Virus record (IMG/VR): IMGVR_UViG_3300020408_000005
Location: 6,502-70,501 of that record
Direction: 5' to 3' (one strand)
Length of the DNA: 64,000 bases
From: a virus
Lineage: Duplodnaviria > Caudoviricetes
Position 1 is the first letter of the stretch, and each line of letters starts with the position of its first letter. The notes beneath the pieces were generated by a model. The model did not search any database, was not told the origin of the DNA, and was given only the letters and a program-made list of their open reading frames with translations. This document shows, one piece after another, positions 63,996-64,000 of this stretch. The position numbers and the translations under genes were made by a program.

Positions 63996-64000
63996 ACAGT

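Noticed and set aside
56500-64000. CRISPR array or integron attC cassette array
   Set aside because: The intergenic repeats are degenerate, irregularly spaced and promoter-shaped; there are no cas genes, integrase or attC R-box structure.
1-64000. tRNA or rRNA genes
   Set aside because: The intergenic gaps are short and none showed a cloverleaf with a T-loop; tRNAscan-SE would confirm.

Overview
This is a 64-kb segment of a T4-like marine cyanomyophage genome. The host is probably Prochlorococcus or a low-GC Synechococcus, inferred from the AT-rich composition and pcyA. Essentially all real genes are on the minus strand. Read in the direction of transcription (right to left) there are four zones. 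(i) 64.0-56.5 kb is an AT-rich early/host-takeover region of small, mostly acidic ORFs, including an ArdA-like anti-restriction protein and a decayed HNH, arranged as terminator-promoter-leader cassettes with two recurring upstream motifs. (ii) 56.4-50.3 kb holds NlpC/P60, AbrB-like, 2OG-Fe(II) oxygenase, a 1104-aa virion protein and a PAAR-like protein. (iii) 50.3-4.5 kb is the virion module: gp25, gp6, a giant 6603-aa gp7-like protein, a YHYH-like protein, a gp9-like protein, gp8, a VrlC-like protein, a 2037-aa tail fibre and gp13-gp16. (iv) Below 4.5 kb is the variable region after gp16, with a repetitive basic protein, an oxygenase, a nuclease and a pcyA gene missed by the ORF track. The main observation is that the gp7-like baseplate protein carries 6 (plus 1 degenerate) helical repeats that align by eye with phycobiliprotein subunits, including the bilin-attachment C-x-x-D motif (CLRD, CVRD). 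Two virion proteins also end in cupredoxin domains with complete type-1 copper ligand sets, and pcyA lies in the same gene run. Together these suggest a testable hypothesis of a bilin- and copper-loaded virion. All family calls come from motif recognition by eye; no database search was run.
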